Shown: piece after piece, positions 5,635-14,513 of the stretch
Position numbering within the stretch: position 1 is the first letter of the stretch
How the letters are laid out: each line of letters starts with the position of its first letter
NCBI RefSeq assembly: GCF_000023965.1
Contig: NC_013202.1
Span: 840,001-872,000 of the forward strand
Direction of reading: 5' to 3'
Source of the DNA: Halomicrobium mukohataei DSM 12286
GTDB taxonomy: Archaea > Halobacteriota > Halobacteria > Halobacteriales > Haloarculaceae
Length of the DNA stretch: 32,000 nucleotides
The notes under the pieces: model-generated
The model's database searches: none
Told to the model about the DNA's origin: nothing
The model's input: only the letters and a program-made list of their open reading frames with translations
Program-made: the position numbers and the translations under genes

Positions 5635-8322
5635 CTACGCGGCGTCGGCGGTCGCTCCGGAATCGCCGCGGGGGGCCGCCCGCCGGTTCTTCGCCAGCAG
5701 CGCGACCAGCATCGCGAGCCCGACGGCCCGGAGCAGCAGGTCGGCGGTCAGAGAGACCGAGCCGCCGCCGAGCCCCAGCAGCGCCGTCACGTCGTAGCCG
5801 GCCGACACCGGGAGCCCGGGAGCCATCAACAGGAGCGAGCTGACCGCCAGCCCGGCCCGTTCCCAGCGGTCGAGGGGCGCGTAGACGAAGCCGATCACGG
5901 TGCCGGCCAGCGCGACGACGCCGAGGAAGACGCCGACGACGGGGACGAACACCTCCGGGAGCGACCAGCCCAGATCCAGCAGATCGGCCGGGGTGGCGAC
6001 GCGAAACTGCTCGCCCAGGGGTAGCTCCGCCGCGTCGTCCTTCTCCCGGAGCAAGACGATGCCGGGGACCAGCACGAACGCGAAGGGGACGATCGCCTTG
6101 TTGAGCGACAGCGAGAACGCCTCGATGCCCGTCTGGAAGGGGTCCGACTTCGCGATGCCCGAGGCCGCGTAGGCGGCGACGGCCACCGGCGGCGTGATGT
6201 CGGCGATGACGCCGAAATAGAGGATGAACAGGTGCGCGGCGAGTTCGGGGATACCGAAGGTCACGAGCGCGGGCCCCAGCATCGACACGAGGATGATGTA
6301 GGTGACCGTCGTCGGCATCCCCATCCCGAGGATGATCGACGCGATGGCGGTGATGACCAGCAGGAGGACCAGCGAGCCCCCGGCCAGCGAGCGGATGAGC
6401 GCGACTAGGTTCGGCCCCAGCCCGGAGACGCTGATCACGCCGGGGATGATTCCCGCAGCCGCGACCGCGACGACGACCGGGACCGCGGTCCGGGCACCGC
6501 TGTCCATCGACTTGAGCACGAAGGTACCGAGCCGAACGAGCCCGTTGTCGCCCGCCGCCGGGCGACCGACGGCCGTCGAGAGCCCGTCGGCGGCCTCGTC
6601 GACCGCGGGATCGAGCGCGAGCCACGACGCGGTCAGGCGCGGCTTCGAGAGCAGTGTCAGGACGCCCGCCGCGATCGCCAGTCGGCCCACGGTGCCAAGC
6701 GTCGCCGCGGCGGCCCCACCGATCGATAGCCCGCCCGGACCGCCGCCGCTCAGTGCGGCGACGAGGGGCGCGCCGGTCGACCACTGTGCGAGGAACTGCC
6801 CCAGGCCGAGCGCCAGGAGGAGGGCGACGAGTCGCCCCCGCGTTTCGTCGCTGTAGGCCGCGACGAGCGTGATCAGCGCGACGATGGCCACGAGCGTGAA
6901 CCACGCCGAGCGCGCGACCGAGAGCCGAGCGCCGATGAGGTAGTACAGCAGGAGGAAGATGGGGACGAGGTAGAACCAGCCCGTCCAGAGGTGTCGCCGG
7001 ATGTCGACGACCGAGTCGGGATCGAGCCCCCCGATACCCAGCCGCGAGGCCTCGAAGTGGACCATCACCCAGACGCCGAAAAAGAAGACGACGGCCGGGA
7101 TCGCGGCGGCGACGATCACGTCGGCGAAGGGCGTCGCGGTGTACTGGACGATCAGGAAGGCCGCGGCACCCATCACCGGCGGGAGGATCTGACCGCCCGA
7201 GGAGGCCGAAGACTCCACGCCACCGGCGAACTCCGGGGAGTAGCCCGACCGTTTCATCAGCGGGATCGTGAACGCGCCGGTCGTGACCGTGTTCGCGATC
7301 GAGGAGCCGGAGATCGTCCCCATGAAACCACTCGCGAGGATCGACGCCTTCGCTGGCCCGCCCTTGCGCGTGCCCGTCGCCGCGTACGCGAGATCGATGA
7401 ACCACTGGCCCGCCCCGGACATCTCCAGGAACGCGCCAAAGAGGATGAAGATGTAGATGAACTGCACCGACACCGTCACCGGAATACCGAAGACGCCGTT
7501 CTCCGTGTTGTACCAGAGGTTCTGGACGATCGAGGGCCAGGTCAGCTCCGGGATCGAGAGGACGCCGACGTAGGCCGCGTCCTGTGGGATCAACACGCCG
7601 AAGCGGGCGTAGACGATGAACGCACCCACGATGAAGACGAGATAGAGACTGATCGCTCGCCGCGTCGCCTCCAGGACGAGCAAGACGCCGACGACGCCCA
7701 GGACGAACGCGTAGGACACGTTCGTCAGCGGGCCGAGCAGGCCGGCAACCGGGTCGAGGAACGTGAACACCTCCTGGATCGGCCGACCGGCGGGCAGCCC
7801 CAGCGCGCGCATGCGCTGGATCTCTCGGAAGTCGGTGACGAAGTACGCGCTCGACAGCACCGTGACTGCGATCAGGAGGAGATCCGACGGCGTCACGCGG
7901 TCGAGGTCGGGATCGACGAACAGCCAGGCCAGTCCGTCACCGATCGCGTCCATCGCCGAGACGAGCGGGCTGTCGGGGCCGAGCCGAGCGGCCGTCCGCG
8001 CTCGGAGTCCGCTGCAGGCCCGCGCGAATCGCCCGTCGCCCGTGCTCCCGGGGTACAGCAGGAACGTCAGCACGAGCGCGAAACCGACGTGAATGGCGTT
8101 GATCTGCAACAGCTGCAGGGAGGCGAGTTCGACCTCGCCGAGGACGGGCAACTCGACGGCGAAGACGAACCCGCGGGCGGCGAACCACATCTGGTAGGCC
8201 GAAAAGAGGATGCCGACGATCGAGACGACGACGCTGGCCACCCGCCGCAGCGAGCGTTTGCGTTCGATCTCCTGGAGCAAGTCGTCGGCCGCGACATCGG
8301 TATCGGTGATGCGAGGAGTCAT
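5635..8322 (-). CDS. TRAP transporter fused permease (TAXI-type, DctQ/DctM-like fusion)
   Basis: An 895-aa polytopic membrane protein with motifs typical of the fused TRAP-T permease (...GGPAKASILASGFMGTISGSSIANTVTTGAFTIPLMKRSGY...). Its ATG overlaps the stop of the DUF1850 gene (ATGA). Confidence 0.9.
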   Translation of the reverse strand: MTPRITDTDVAADDLLQEIERKRSLRRVASVVVSIVGILFSAYQMWFAARGFVFAVELPVLGEVELASLQLLQINAIHVGFALVLTFLLYPGSTGDGRFARACSGLRARTAARLGPDSPLVSAMDAIGDGLAWLFVDPDLDRVTPSDLLLIAVTVLSSAYFVTDFREIQRMRALGLPAGRPIQEVFTFLDPVAGLLGPLTNVSYAFVLGVVGVLLVLEATRRAISLYLVFIVGAFIVYARFGVLIPQDAAYVGVLSIPELTWPSIVQNLWYNTENGVFGIPVTVSVQFIYIFILFGAFLEMSGAGQWFIDLAYAATGTRKGGPAKASILASGFMGTISGSSIANTVTTGAFTIPLMKRSGYSPEFAGGVESSASSGGQILPPVMGAAAFLIVQYTATPFADVIVAAAIPAVVFFFGVWVMVHFEASRLGIGGLDPDSVVDIRRHLWTGWFYLVPIFLLLYYLIGARLSVARSAWFTLVAIVALITLVAAYSDETRGRLVALLLALGLGQFLAQWSTGAPLVAALSGGGPGGLSIGGAAAATLGTVGRLAIAAGVLTLLSKPRLTASWLALDPAVDEAADGLSTAVGRPAAGDNGLVRLGTFVLKSMDSGARTAVPVVVAVAAAGIIPGVISVSGLGPNLVALIRSLAGGSLVLLLVITAIASIILGMGMPTTVTYIILVSMLGPALVTFGIPELAAHLFILYFGVIADITPPVAVAAYAASGIAKSDPFQTGIEAFSLSLNKAIVPFAFVLVPGIVLLREKDDAAELPLGEQFRVATPADLLDLGWSLPEVFVPVVGVFLGVVALAGTVIGFVYAPLDRWERAGLAVSSLLLMAPGLPVSAGYDVTALLGLGGGSVSLTADLLLRAVGLAMLVALLAKNRRAAPRGDSGATADAA

Positions 8323-8801
8323 GTGACGTGATCGATCGCCACCGCCAGCGCCGGCCGGCGCTCGACGGTGATGCGGACGGCGCGTGCGTTCGAACGGTTC
8401 ACCAGGTCGTAGCGCTGGTCGCCGACGTGGAGCCGATGGCCGGCGATCCGGCCCGGCTTGACCGTGATCGTCTCGAACGTCCCCGGCGGATCGTAGACGA
8501 ACGAACCGTTCGCCCGCGTGACGTTGGCGTCGGCCGGCAGTCCCCAGCCGTACGATTCGAAGGTCATCCGGGTCATCTCTAACTGTCCGTCACGGACCCG
8601 GTAGGTGTCGACGACGCGCGTGCGCTCGACGCTGTGGGTGTACGCCAGCGCGACGCGCGTGTCCTCCTCGACCGGCGTCCGGAGGAGTACGTCGCCCGAA
8701 TCGACCGACGAGACGACCAGCGTCTGCTGGGCCGGCAGCGAGACGCCGACGGCCGCCGTCACGAGGACTGCGGCGACCAGTCCGGGACGGAGCCACCCCA
8801 T
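8319..8801 (-). CDS. DUF1850 domain protein (accessory gene of TAXI-TRAP operons)
   Basis: 160 aa with one N-terminal transmembrane segment. It sits between the TAXI binding-protein and permease genes, as is typical. It begins 4 nt after the stop of the TAXI gene and overlaps the permease start. Confidence 0.75.
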   Translation of the reverse strand: MGWLRPGLVAAVLVTAAVGVSLPAQQTLVVSSVDSGDVLLRTPVEEDTRVALAYTHSVERTRVVDTYRVRDGQLEMTRMTFESYGWGLPADANVTRANGSFVYDPPGTFETITVKPGRIAGHRLHVGDQRYDLVNRSNARAVRITVERRPALAVAIDHVT

Positions 8802-8805
8802 CGGA

Positions 8806-9846
8806 TCAGGCGTCGAAGTAGGCCGCAGCGCCGGGATGGAGCTCGATCGACATCCCGTCCTGCGCCGAGTCGACGCCGATGAACTCCGTCTTGATCGTCA
8901 GCGCGTCGACGTTGTCGAAGATCGCGGCCGTCACCGTCTCGACCGTCGCTTCGGGCACGTCGGCGTTGGTCGCGATCATCGCCTGGACGGCGACCGTCTC
9001 CACGTCTTCGGAGACGCCCGAGTACGTCCCGCCCGGGATGGTGTCGTCCGCGAACCACGACGCCGCGTCCTTGACCGCCGTGCGGTTGTCGCCGTCGATG
9101 GGGACGATCGCGACGTCGTTGGTCGTCGCCAGATCCTCGATCGCCCCGACCGGCCAGCCCCCGACGACGAAGGCGGCGTCGATGTCGCCGTTCCGGAGCT
9201 GGTCGGCCGCCTGCGAGAACGAGGCGTTTTGCTCCTCGAAGTCGGTGATGCCGACGGCTTCGAGGATCTGGTTGGCGTTGACCTGCGTGCCGCTGCCCAG
9301 ATCGCCCGTGTTGATCGTCGCTCCCGAGAGGTCAGACAGCTGCGAGATGCCGGTGTCGGAGAGGGTCACGACCGTGATCGTCTCGGGGTACAGCGTCGCG
9401 ACGCCGCGCAGGTTCTCGACGGCGTTGTCCTGGAACGCGTCGATGCCGGTGCCGTTCTTCGCGAAGTACGCGATGTCGTTTTGGATCAGCGCGAAGTCGG
9501 CGTTCCCGTTGGCGAGGCTGCCGACGTTCTCGACGCTGGCCCCCGTCGACTGGACGTTCAGCGTGAAGTCGGTGTTGTCCTCGACGACCGTCTTGAACTC
9601 GTTCGAGAGCGGGAAGTATGTGCCGCCGGTCCCACCGGCGTGCCACGAGAGGCGGGTGTCGGCCTGGCCGTCGCCGCCGTCAGAGGATTCGGTGTCGGTG
9701 GCCGTCTCGTCGCCGCCGTCCATCCCCGTCTCCGTCGGTGAGTCTTCCGCACCGCCGCCGCCGTCGTCGCCGGCACAGCCGGCGAGTGCGGTAACGCTCA
9801 CGAGTCCAGTCGCGCGGATGAATCGTCGTCTGGTGTGATCGCCCAT
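8806..9846 (-). CDS. TAXI-family TRAP transporter solute-binding lipoprotein (Tat signal)
   Basis: RRRFIRATGLVSVTALAGC provides the Tat motif and lipobox. ...GGTGGTYFPLSNEFKTVVE...IQNDIAYFA...TLYPETITVVT...HPGAAAYF is typical of the TAXI/Imp family. Confidence 0.9.
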   Translation of the reverse strand: MGDHTRRRFIRATGLVSVTALAGCAGDDGGGGAEDSPTETGMDGGDETATDTESSDGGDGQADTRLSWHAGGTGGTYFPLSNEFKTVVEDNTDFTLNVQSTGASVENVGSLANGNADFALIQNDIAYFAKNGTGIDAFQDNAVENLRGVATLYPETITVVTLSDTGISQLSDLSGATINTGDLGSGTQVNANQILEAVGITDFEEQNASFSQAADQLRNGDIDAAFVVGGWPVGAIEDLATTNDVAIVPIDGDNRTAVKDAASWFADDTIPGGTYSGVSEDVETVAVQAMIATNADVPEATVETVTAAIFDNVDALTIKTEFIGVDSAQDGMSIELHPGAAAYFDA

Positions 9847-9869
9847 AGACCGGCCGTACCACCGGACGA

Positions 9870-9890
9870 CATTTCGTTATGAGACCCGAA
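9870..9890 (-). promoter_or_regulatory. Putative promoter block of the TAXI-TRAP operon (same motif as 5451-5471)
   Basis: CATAACGAAATG is followed by 23 nt before the ATG at 9846. See feature 5451-5471. Confidence 0.5.
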
Positions 9891-10062
9891 ACAGCCGGTA
9901 AGTCGGCCCTATGCTGGAGCGAGAGGTCGCTGCGATCGTCGGGAACGGGGCCGTCCGTGCCGGTCGGTACCACGCGTCCGACGAAAGCTTATGGTGCTGT
10001 AGCGACAAAATCCGCCAGCATCAACGGATGGACACCACGTCCACTAGCTGTTCTAATCGACC

Positions 10063-10782
10063 ATGGAAGACATAGAAGAGAGCGTCTCAGGCTTCAAGCG
10101 CCGCGGTGGTTGGGTCAACGTCGTCGAACACGGCGAACGGATCGTACAGGCGCTGCGAGAGTTGGCGACCGACGAACGCGTCGACCAGCCAGTCGACGGC
10201 GACGCCCTCGAAGAGTTCGACGAGTGGCGACCGAAGAGCCACGAGCGACTCGACGAGGACGTCAACGAAAAGACCGCCGAACAGGCCCGCGTCGACGAGG
10301 GCAAAGGCGAACAGGCGGGGAAAGACCCCGACGACGACCTCCGGACGGCCGGCGAGAAACTCGCAGACTCCTACGAGAACCTCGACGAGCCCGACGAGGC
10401 CGTCGAGTCGTGGGGCGAGAGCTTAGACTACGTCGCCCGCGCCGCCGACTCGGCCAGCCGCAAGGCCCTGCGGACGGTCGAAGACACCGTCTACAAGAAC
10501 GTGATGACCCAGATCGCACCGTACTACTTCGACAACGCGCTCGTGAGCGCGAACCTCCAGCGGGTCAACGGCGACGACCGCCCCGAGTACGTCTTCGAGA
10601 TCAACGTCAACGACGACGACCTCAAGGAACGAGTCTCCAACCGCCTGGCGGACTTCGACAGCGACGTCGACCGGTGGCACGTCAACACCGAGAAGGAAGT
10701 CGAGGCCGCCGCCACGGCGGAGGGCGTAGAGGTGAGCGAGGAAGAGACGGGCGACGAGGAGACGGATGCGAAGACGAACTAA
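10063..10782 (+). CDS. Acidic hypothetical protein (239 aa) sharing its N-terminal module with ORF 3060-3260
   Basis: A long ORF with haloarchaeal-type acidic composition. Its N-terminus MEDIEESVSGFKRRGGWVNVVEHGERIVQALREL is duplicated elsewhere in the window. I did not recognise a family. Confidence 0.7.
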   Translation: MEDIEESVSGFKRRGGWVNVVEHGERIVQALRELATDERVDQPVDGDALEEFDEWRPKSHERLDEDVNEKTAEQARVDEGKGEQAGKDPDDDLRTAGEKLADSYENLDEPDEAVESWGESLDYVARAADSASRKALRTVEDTVYKNVMTQIAPYYFDNALVSANLQRVNGDDRPEYVFEINVNDDDLKERVSNRLADFDSDVDRWHVNTEKEVEAAATAEGVEVSEEETGDEETDAKTN

Positions 10783-10824
10783 ACGCTGCTCTGTCAGCGT
10801 TTAATTTCGGGTTCGTATCCGGGA

Positions 10825-10877
10825 GACGCCAAAACGAAATTTCGCTCGGCTTCCCTCGCTCAGTTCGTTTTGGCGTC
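10825..10877 (+). terminator. Perfect 14-bp inverted repeat (GACGCCAAAACGAA / TTCGTTTTGGCGTC) with a 25-nt loop, 43 nt after the stop of the 239-aa gene
   Basis: The arms are at 10825-10838 and 10864-10877, read directly from the sequence. Its function (terminator, RNA element or protein-binding site) is not established. Confidence 0.35.
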
Positions 10878-11330
10878 GGAGAGGTGAGAGACGAACCGAC
10901 GCCGTGAGAAACGAGACCAAGTAGCGGAGAATTTCCGGAGAGAGAGAGCGACTGCGGACCCAGATTACGACCACTATTTCTGGAAGAATCGCGGTACCGG
11001 ATCGCACACCCCAGAATTACTCACGGAGTCGTTTCTCTATAATGAAAACACGAGGGTCTTGAGTGTCTTCTGTAAGTCGTTTTGTATCAGTAGATGAATT
11101 TCGTTAATTCGAAGCCGGGCACTTCGGTAACAGTTCCGTACTTCCCGAACGACTGTGTAAAATTATGAAGGACTTATGTGGGATTCTCACAACGTCTCCG
11201 ACGGAGGTTCGGCCCTTCCCGGTTCGCGGCGGCGACCGTCGGGCTGTCGAGCGCCCGGGGTCGTCCGACACACCACTGGCATGGGACGCGTGGGGTTGGG
11301 GCCAAACGACTGCCTCCGAGAGTGACAACC

Positions 11331-12716
11331 ATGGACAATTCACGCAGAGAGTTCATTCGTGCGGTATCGAGTACGTTCGTCCTCGCGGCTGGCGCTGGCA
11401 CGACCGTGGCCGCGACGGACTGTGGCAACGTTGCCGAGTGGGACCCGGACGCGACCTACAACGGCGGCGATCAGGTGACCTACGAGGGGTCCCTGTGGAC
11501 CGCCGAGTGGTGGACTCGGGGCTCCGCCCCCGAAGAGAGTAAAGCCGTCTGGACGCTCGAAGGGTCCTGTGGCGGCGACGGCGGGACGGGCAACGAGGGA
11601 CCGACGGCGTCGGTCAGCGCGTCCGCGACCACGGTCGAGCCCGGAACGACCGTCGACCTCGACGGATCGGGATCGTCCGACGCCGACGGGTCGATCGCCA
11701 GCTACGAGTGGGAGTTGGGCGACGGGACGACGGCGACCGGGGCGACGACGAGTCACAGCTACGACTCGACCGGGGACTACACCGTCACGCTCACCGTCAC
11801 CGACGACGGCGGAGCCACCGACAGCGCGACGACGGGGATCTCTGTCAGCTCCTCGTCGGGCGGCAACAGTGACGCCATCTTCTCCCCGTATCTCGGCACG
11901 TGGGGCGACATCCTCGGCGACACGCGGAACGCGAGCACCGACCGCGTCGTCCTCTCGTTCGTCGGCGACGGCACCGACGACGGGACGGTCACTCCCGCGT
12001 GGCTCACCGCGGACGGCGACCGGCCGCTCTCGGACCACGCCGACAAGATCAGCACGCTGCAAGACGAGGGCTACGACGTGTGGGTCGCCATGGGCGGCTG
12101 GGACGGCCGGATCGTCGCCAGGGACGCGAGCAGCGTCTCGGAGGTCAAAAGCGCCTACGAGACCGTCATCGACACGCTCGGCGTGACTCACATCGACATC
12201 GACGACGAGAACTACGACGAGCCCGGTCGTGACGGCACCTACTACGAGATGCGCAACGAGGCGCTCGCACAGATCCAGTCCGAGCGGCCGGACGTGAAAG
12301 TCACGTACACGGTGGCCGCCAGGCCCTCCGGGATCGTCAACGCCGACCACTGTCCCGGGAAAGACATGATCACCGACGCGCTGGAGAAGGGCGTCGAGCT
12401 GGAGTACATCAACATCATGACGATGGACTGGACCGACGTGGACACGACCCCCGAACGGGTCAAATCGGCCGTCGAGGGCACCGTCGACTGGATGAGCAAC
12501 GTCTATCCCGACAAGAGCGAGGCACAGCGGCGCGCGAAGCTCGGGTTCCTCCCCAACGTCAACGAGTCCGAGTGGTCGGTCAGCGACACCCAGAACGTCG
12601 CCGACTACGCGAAACAGCAGGGGATCGGAAACGTCAGCATGTGGGCGCTGCACCGAGACACCAGCGACTACGGCCACTCCGACGCCCTCTACCCCGTCGA
12701 GAGCGGGAGCAACTGA
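11331..12716 (+). CDS. Secreted GH18 chitinase with a Tat signal, a CBM5/12-type chitin-binding module and a PKD domain
   Basis: MDNSRREFIRAVSS is the Tat motif. AEWDPDATYNGGDQVTYEGSLWTAEWWTRGSAP is a chitin-binding module. DLDGSGSSDADGSIASYEWELGDGTTATG...YTVTLTVTDDGGATD is a PKD domain. The C-terminal TIM-barrel-like domain has the motif HIDIDDEN (GH18 DxDxE type). The start is the ATG at 11331, not the upstream Arg-rich extension. Confidence 0.8.
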   Translation: MDNSRREFIRAVSSTFVLAAGAGTTVAATDCGNVAEWDPDATYNGGDQVTYEGSLWTAEWWTRGSAPEESKAVWTLEGSCGGDGGTGNEGPTASVSASATTVEPGTTVDLDGSGSSDADGSIASYEWELGDGTTATGATTSHSYDSTGDYTVTLTVTDDGGATDSATTGISVSSSSGGNSDAIFSPYLGTWGDILGDTRNASTDRVVLSFVGDGTDDGTVTPAWLTADGDRPLSDHADKISTLQDEGYDVWVAMGGWDGRIVARDASSVSEVKSAYETVIDTLGVTHIDIDDENYDEPGRDGTYYEMRNEALAQIQSERPDVKVTYTVAARPSGIVNADHCPGKDMITDALEKGVELEYINIMTMDWTDVDTTPERVKSAVEGTVDWMSNVYPDKSEAQRRAKLGFLPNVNESEWSVSDTQNVADYAKQQGIGNVSMWALHRDTSDYGHSDALYPVESGSN

Positions 12717-12772
12717 AGCCGTCTCCCGCCAGCCGACAGCCTAATAGGGAGGCCGGCAAAATCCGGTGACAG

Positions 12773-13957
12773 ATGGTCGCTGGGAGTACGCTCGGAACGC
12801 TCGTGATCGCCGCCGCAGCGAGTCTGTTCATGGCCTGGGCGATCGGCGCGGGATCGTCCGGCTCGACGCCGTTCGCACCGGCGGTCGGGGCCAACGCCAT
12901 CTCGGTGATGCGCGCGGGCTTTTTCGTCGGGATTCTGGGTCTGCTCGGAGCGGTGTTACAGGGGGCCAACGTCACAGAGACGGTCGGGAGCGGGCTCGTC
13001 CTCTTTCCCGACGGTGGCGGCCTCTCGGCGATCGCGGCGACGATCGCGCTGCTGACTGCGGCAGTGCTGGTCGCGACCGGCGTCTTCACCGGCTATCCGA
13101 TCGCGACAGCATTTACCGTCACGGGTGCGGTCGTCGGCGTCGGGCTGGCGATGGGGGGCCAGCCCGCGTGGCCGAAGTACCAGCAGATCGTCGCTCTCTG
13201 GGTCGGCACACCGTTCGTCGGCAGCGGCGTCGCCTACGCCACGGCCCGCTTGCTCCGCACAGAGAACGTCCGCGAGCGTCTCTCGATCGGTGGGCTGGCC
13301 GGACTGGTCGGCGTGTTACTGGCGAACGTCGAGTTCACGGGCCTCGGACCCGACGGCGGCCCGGGTGCCCTCTCGGTCGCACTCGCACGCACGTTCGAGG
13401 GCGGAACCGGCGGCCGGGCGCTGGTCTCGCTCGTGCTCGGACTCCTGGTCGCCACGCTGGTGTGGTACGACATCCGCGAACACGGCGAGCGAGCACAGCG
13501 GCGATTCCTGCTGGTGATGGGCGGGCTCGTCGCCTTCTCGGCCGGCGGCAGTCAGGTCGGGCTGGCGATCGGACCGCTGTTGCCGCTGCTCGATACGTTC
13601 ACCGTCCCGATCGTCGCGGTGCTGCTTGGCGGCGGGATCGGCCTGCTCGCGGGCTCCTGGACCGGCGCACCCCGGATGATCAAGGCCCTCTCGCAGGACT
13701 ACTCCTCGCTGGGGCCGCGCCGATCGATCGCGGCGCTGATCCCCTCGTTCATGATCGCACAGACGGCCGTGTTCTTCGGGCTCCCAGTCTCGTTCAACGA
13801 GATCATCGTCTTCTCGATCATCGGGAGCGGCGCGGCCGCTGGCGGCGGGTCGGTCAGCGGCGAGAAGATGGGCAAGACGGTGCTGGCGTGGGTCGCCTCG
13901 CTGGGACTGGCGCTCGGCCTCGGCTACGGCGTCTTCAGCGCCGTAGCCATCCTGTAG
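12773..13957 (+). CDS. PiT-family inorganic phosphate (or sulfate) transporter, paralog 1
   Basis: 394 aa and polytopic. ...AWAIGAGSSGSTPFAPAVGANAIS... and ...GGSQVGLAIGPL... are the duplicated PHO4/PiT signature regions. Confidence 0.85.
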   Translation: MVAGSTLGTLVIAAAASLFMAWAIGAGSSGSTPFAPAVGANAISVMRAGFFVGILGLLGAVLQGANVTETVGSGLVLFPDGGGLSAIAATIALLTAAVLVATGVFTGYPIATAFTVTGAVVGVGLAMGGQPAWPKYQQIVALWVGTPFVGSGVAYATARLLRTENVRERLSIGGLAGLVGVLLANVEFTGLGPDGGPGALSVALARTFEGGTGGRALVSLVLGLLVATLVWYDIREHGERAQRRFLLVMGGLVAFSAGGSQVGLAIGPLLPLLDTFTVPIVAVLLGGGIGLLAGSWTGAPRMIKALSQDYSSLGPRRSIAALIPSFMIAQTAVFFGLPVSFNEIIVFSIIGSGAAAGGGSVSGEKMGKTVLAWVASLGLALGLGYGVFSAVAIL

Positions 13958-14002
13958 CCCACGTCGACGGCGAAACGGCGGTCTCGGACCGATCTCGCCA
14001 AC

Positions 14003-14170
14003 TTATCTCGGTACCCGGGTGTGCGGAACGATCGGCGTCGCATCGCGTTCCGTCGCGCCAGCCGAGCCGTCGGAAGAACAGTCACTGTCGCTCACATCGT
14101 CGTCTACCGCTCGCGTTCGCGTGCCAATCGGGACAGTATCGTCGCACTGGTCTGGGGAGTGAATTGCCAT
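14003..14170 (-). CDS. Possible small acidic protein (55 aa)
   Basis: MAIHSPDQCDDTVPIGTRTRAVDDDVSDSDCSSDG.... A TATATA box lies about 29 nt upstream of the ATG in the gene sense. I recognised no homology. It lies in a lower-GC intergenic stretch. Confidence 0.3.
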   Translation of the reverse strand: MAIHSPDQCDDTVPIGTRTRAVDDDVSDSDCSSDGSAGATERDATPIVPHTRVPR

Positions 14171-14513
14171 ACCAACCAAACGGTTGTCGACTGTATATAT
14201 GATTCTTCGGCCATATAGCAACATATTCCTTATTTCTGCTAGAACACGTCCAGAGACACACCACAGCAACTCAGATATGACATCTTTTCGACCGCAGGTC
14301 TGAGACAGCACCTCGACCAGTACCGAAAGCGTCGGTCCGAGGGCGTCCGGGGACACAGAGACGGTTGTAGACGGCTCCAGTCGACCGCACGCCGACCACA
14401 CTGTGTGGGGGTGTTCGAGAGCCTCTCGTCACCGGTCGAATCGGCGATTTCTGGACGACCAGAGTCGAGCGGCGACGTACAGTCGATCTGGTGAGTGTCG
14501 ACACCGTCGCGTA

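Noticed and set aside
5489-8331. Long ORFs overlapping the TRAP permease gene: 5489-7405 (minus strand, another frame; 638 aa) and 6991-8331 (plus strand; 446 aa).
   Set aside because: Their composition is extremely rich in Arg, Pro, Gly and Asp with no hydrophobic core or recognisable motifs. These are classic shadow ORFs of a real gene in high-GC DNA. The 895-aa permease frame explains the region.
9888-9905. ACAGCCGGTAAGT upstream of the TAXI promoter resembles the MITE terminus ACAGCCGGCAGTA.
   Set aside because: Only about 10 of 13 nt match. There is no partner terminus, no internal hairpin and no flanking duplication, so the resemblance is probably chance in GC-rich DNA.
8605-10907. ORFs 8605-9741 (+), 8879-9838 (+) and 9879-10907 (+), plus several 60-100 aa ORFs, all overlapping the TAXI and DUF1850 genes or the 239-aa gene.
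   Set aside because: They are antisense or off-frame shadows with low-complexity Arg/Ser/Pro-rich products. The real genes on these coordinates have clear family motifs.
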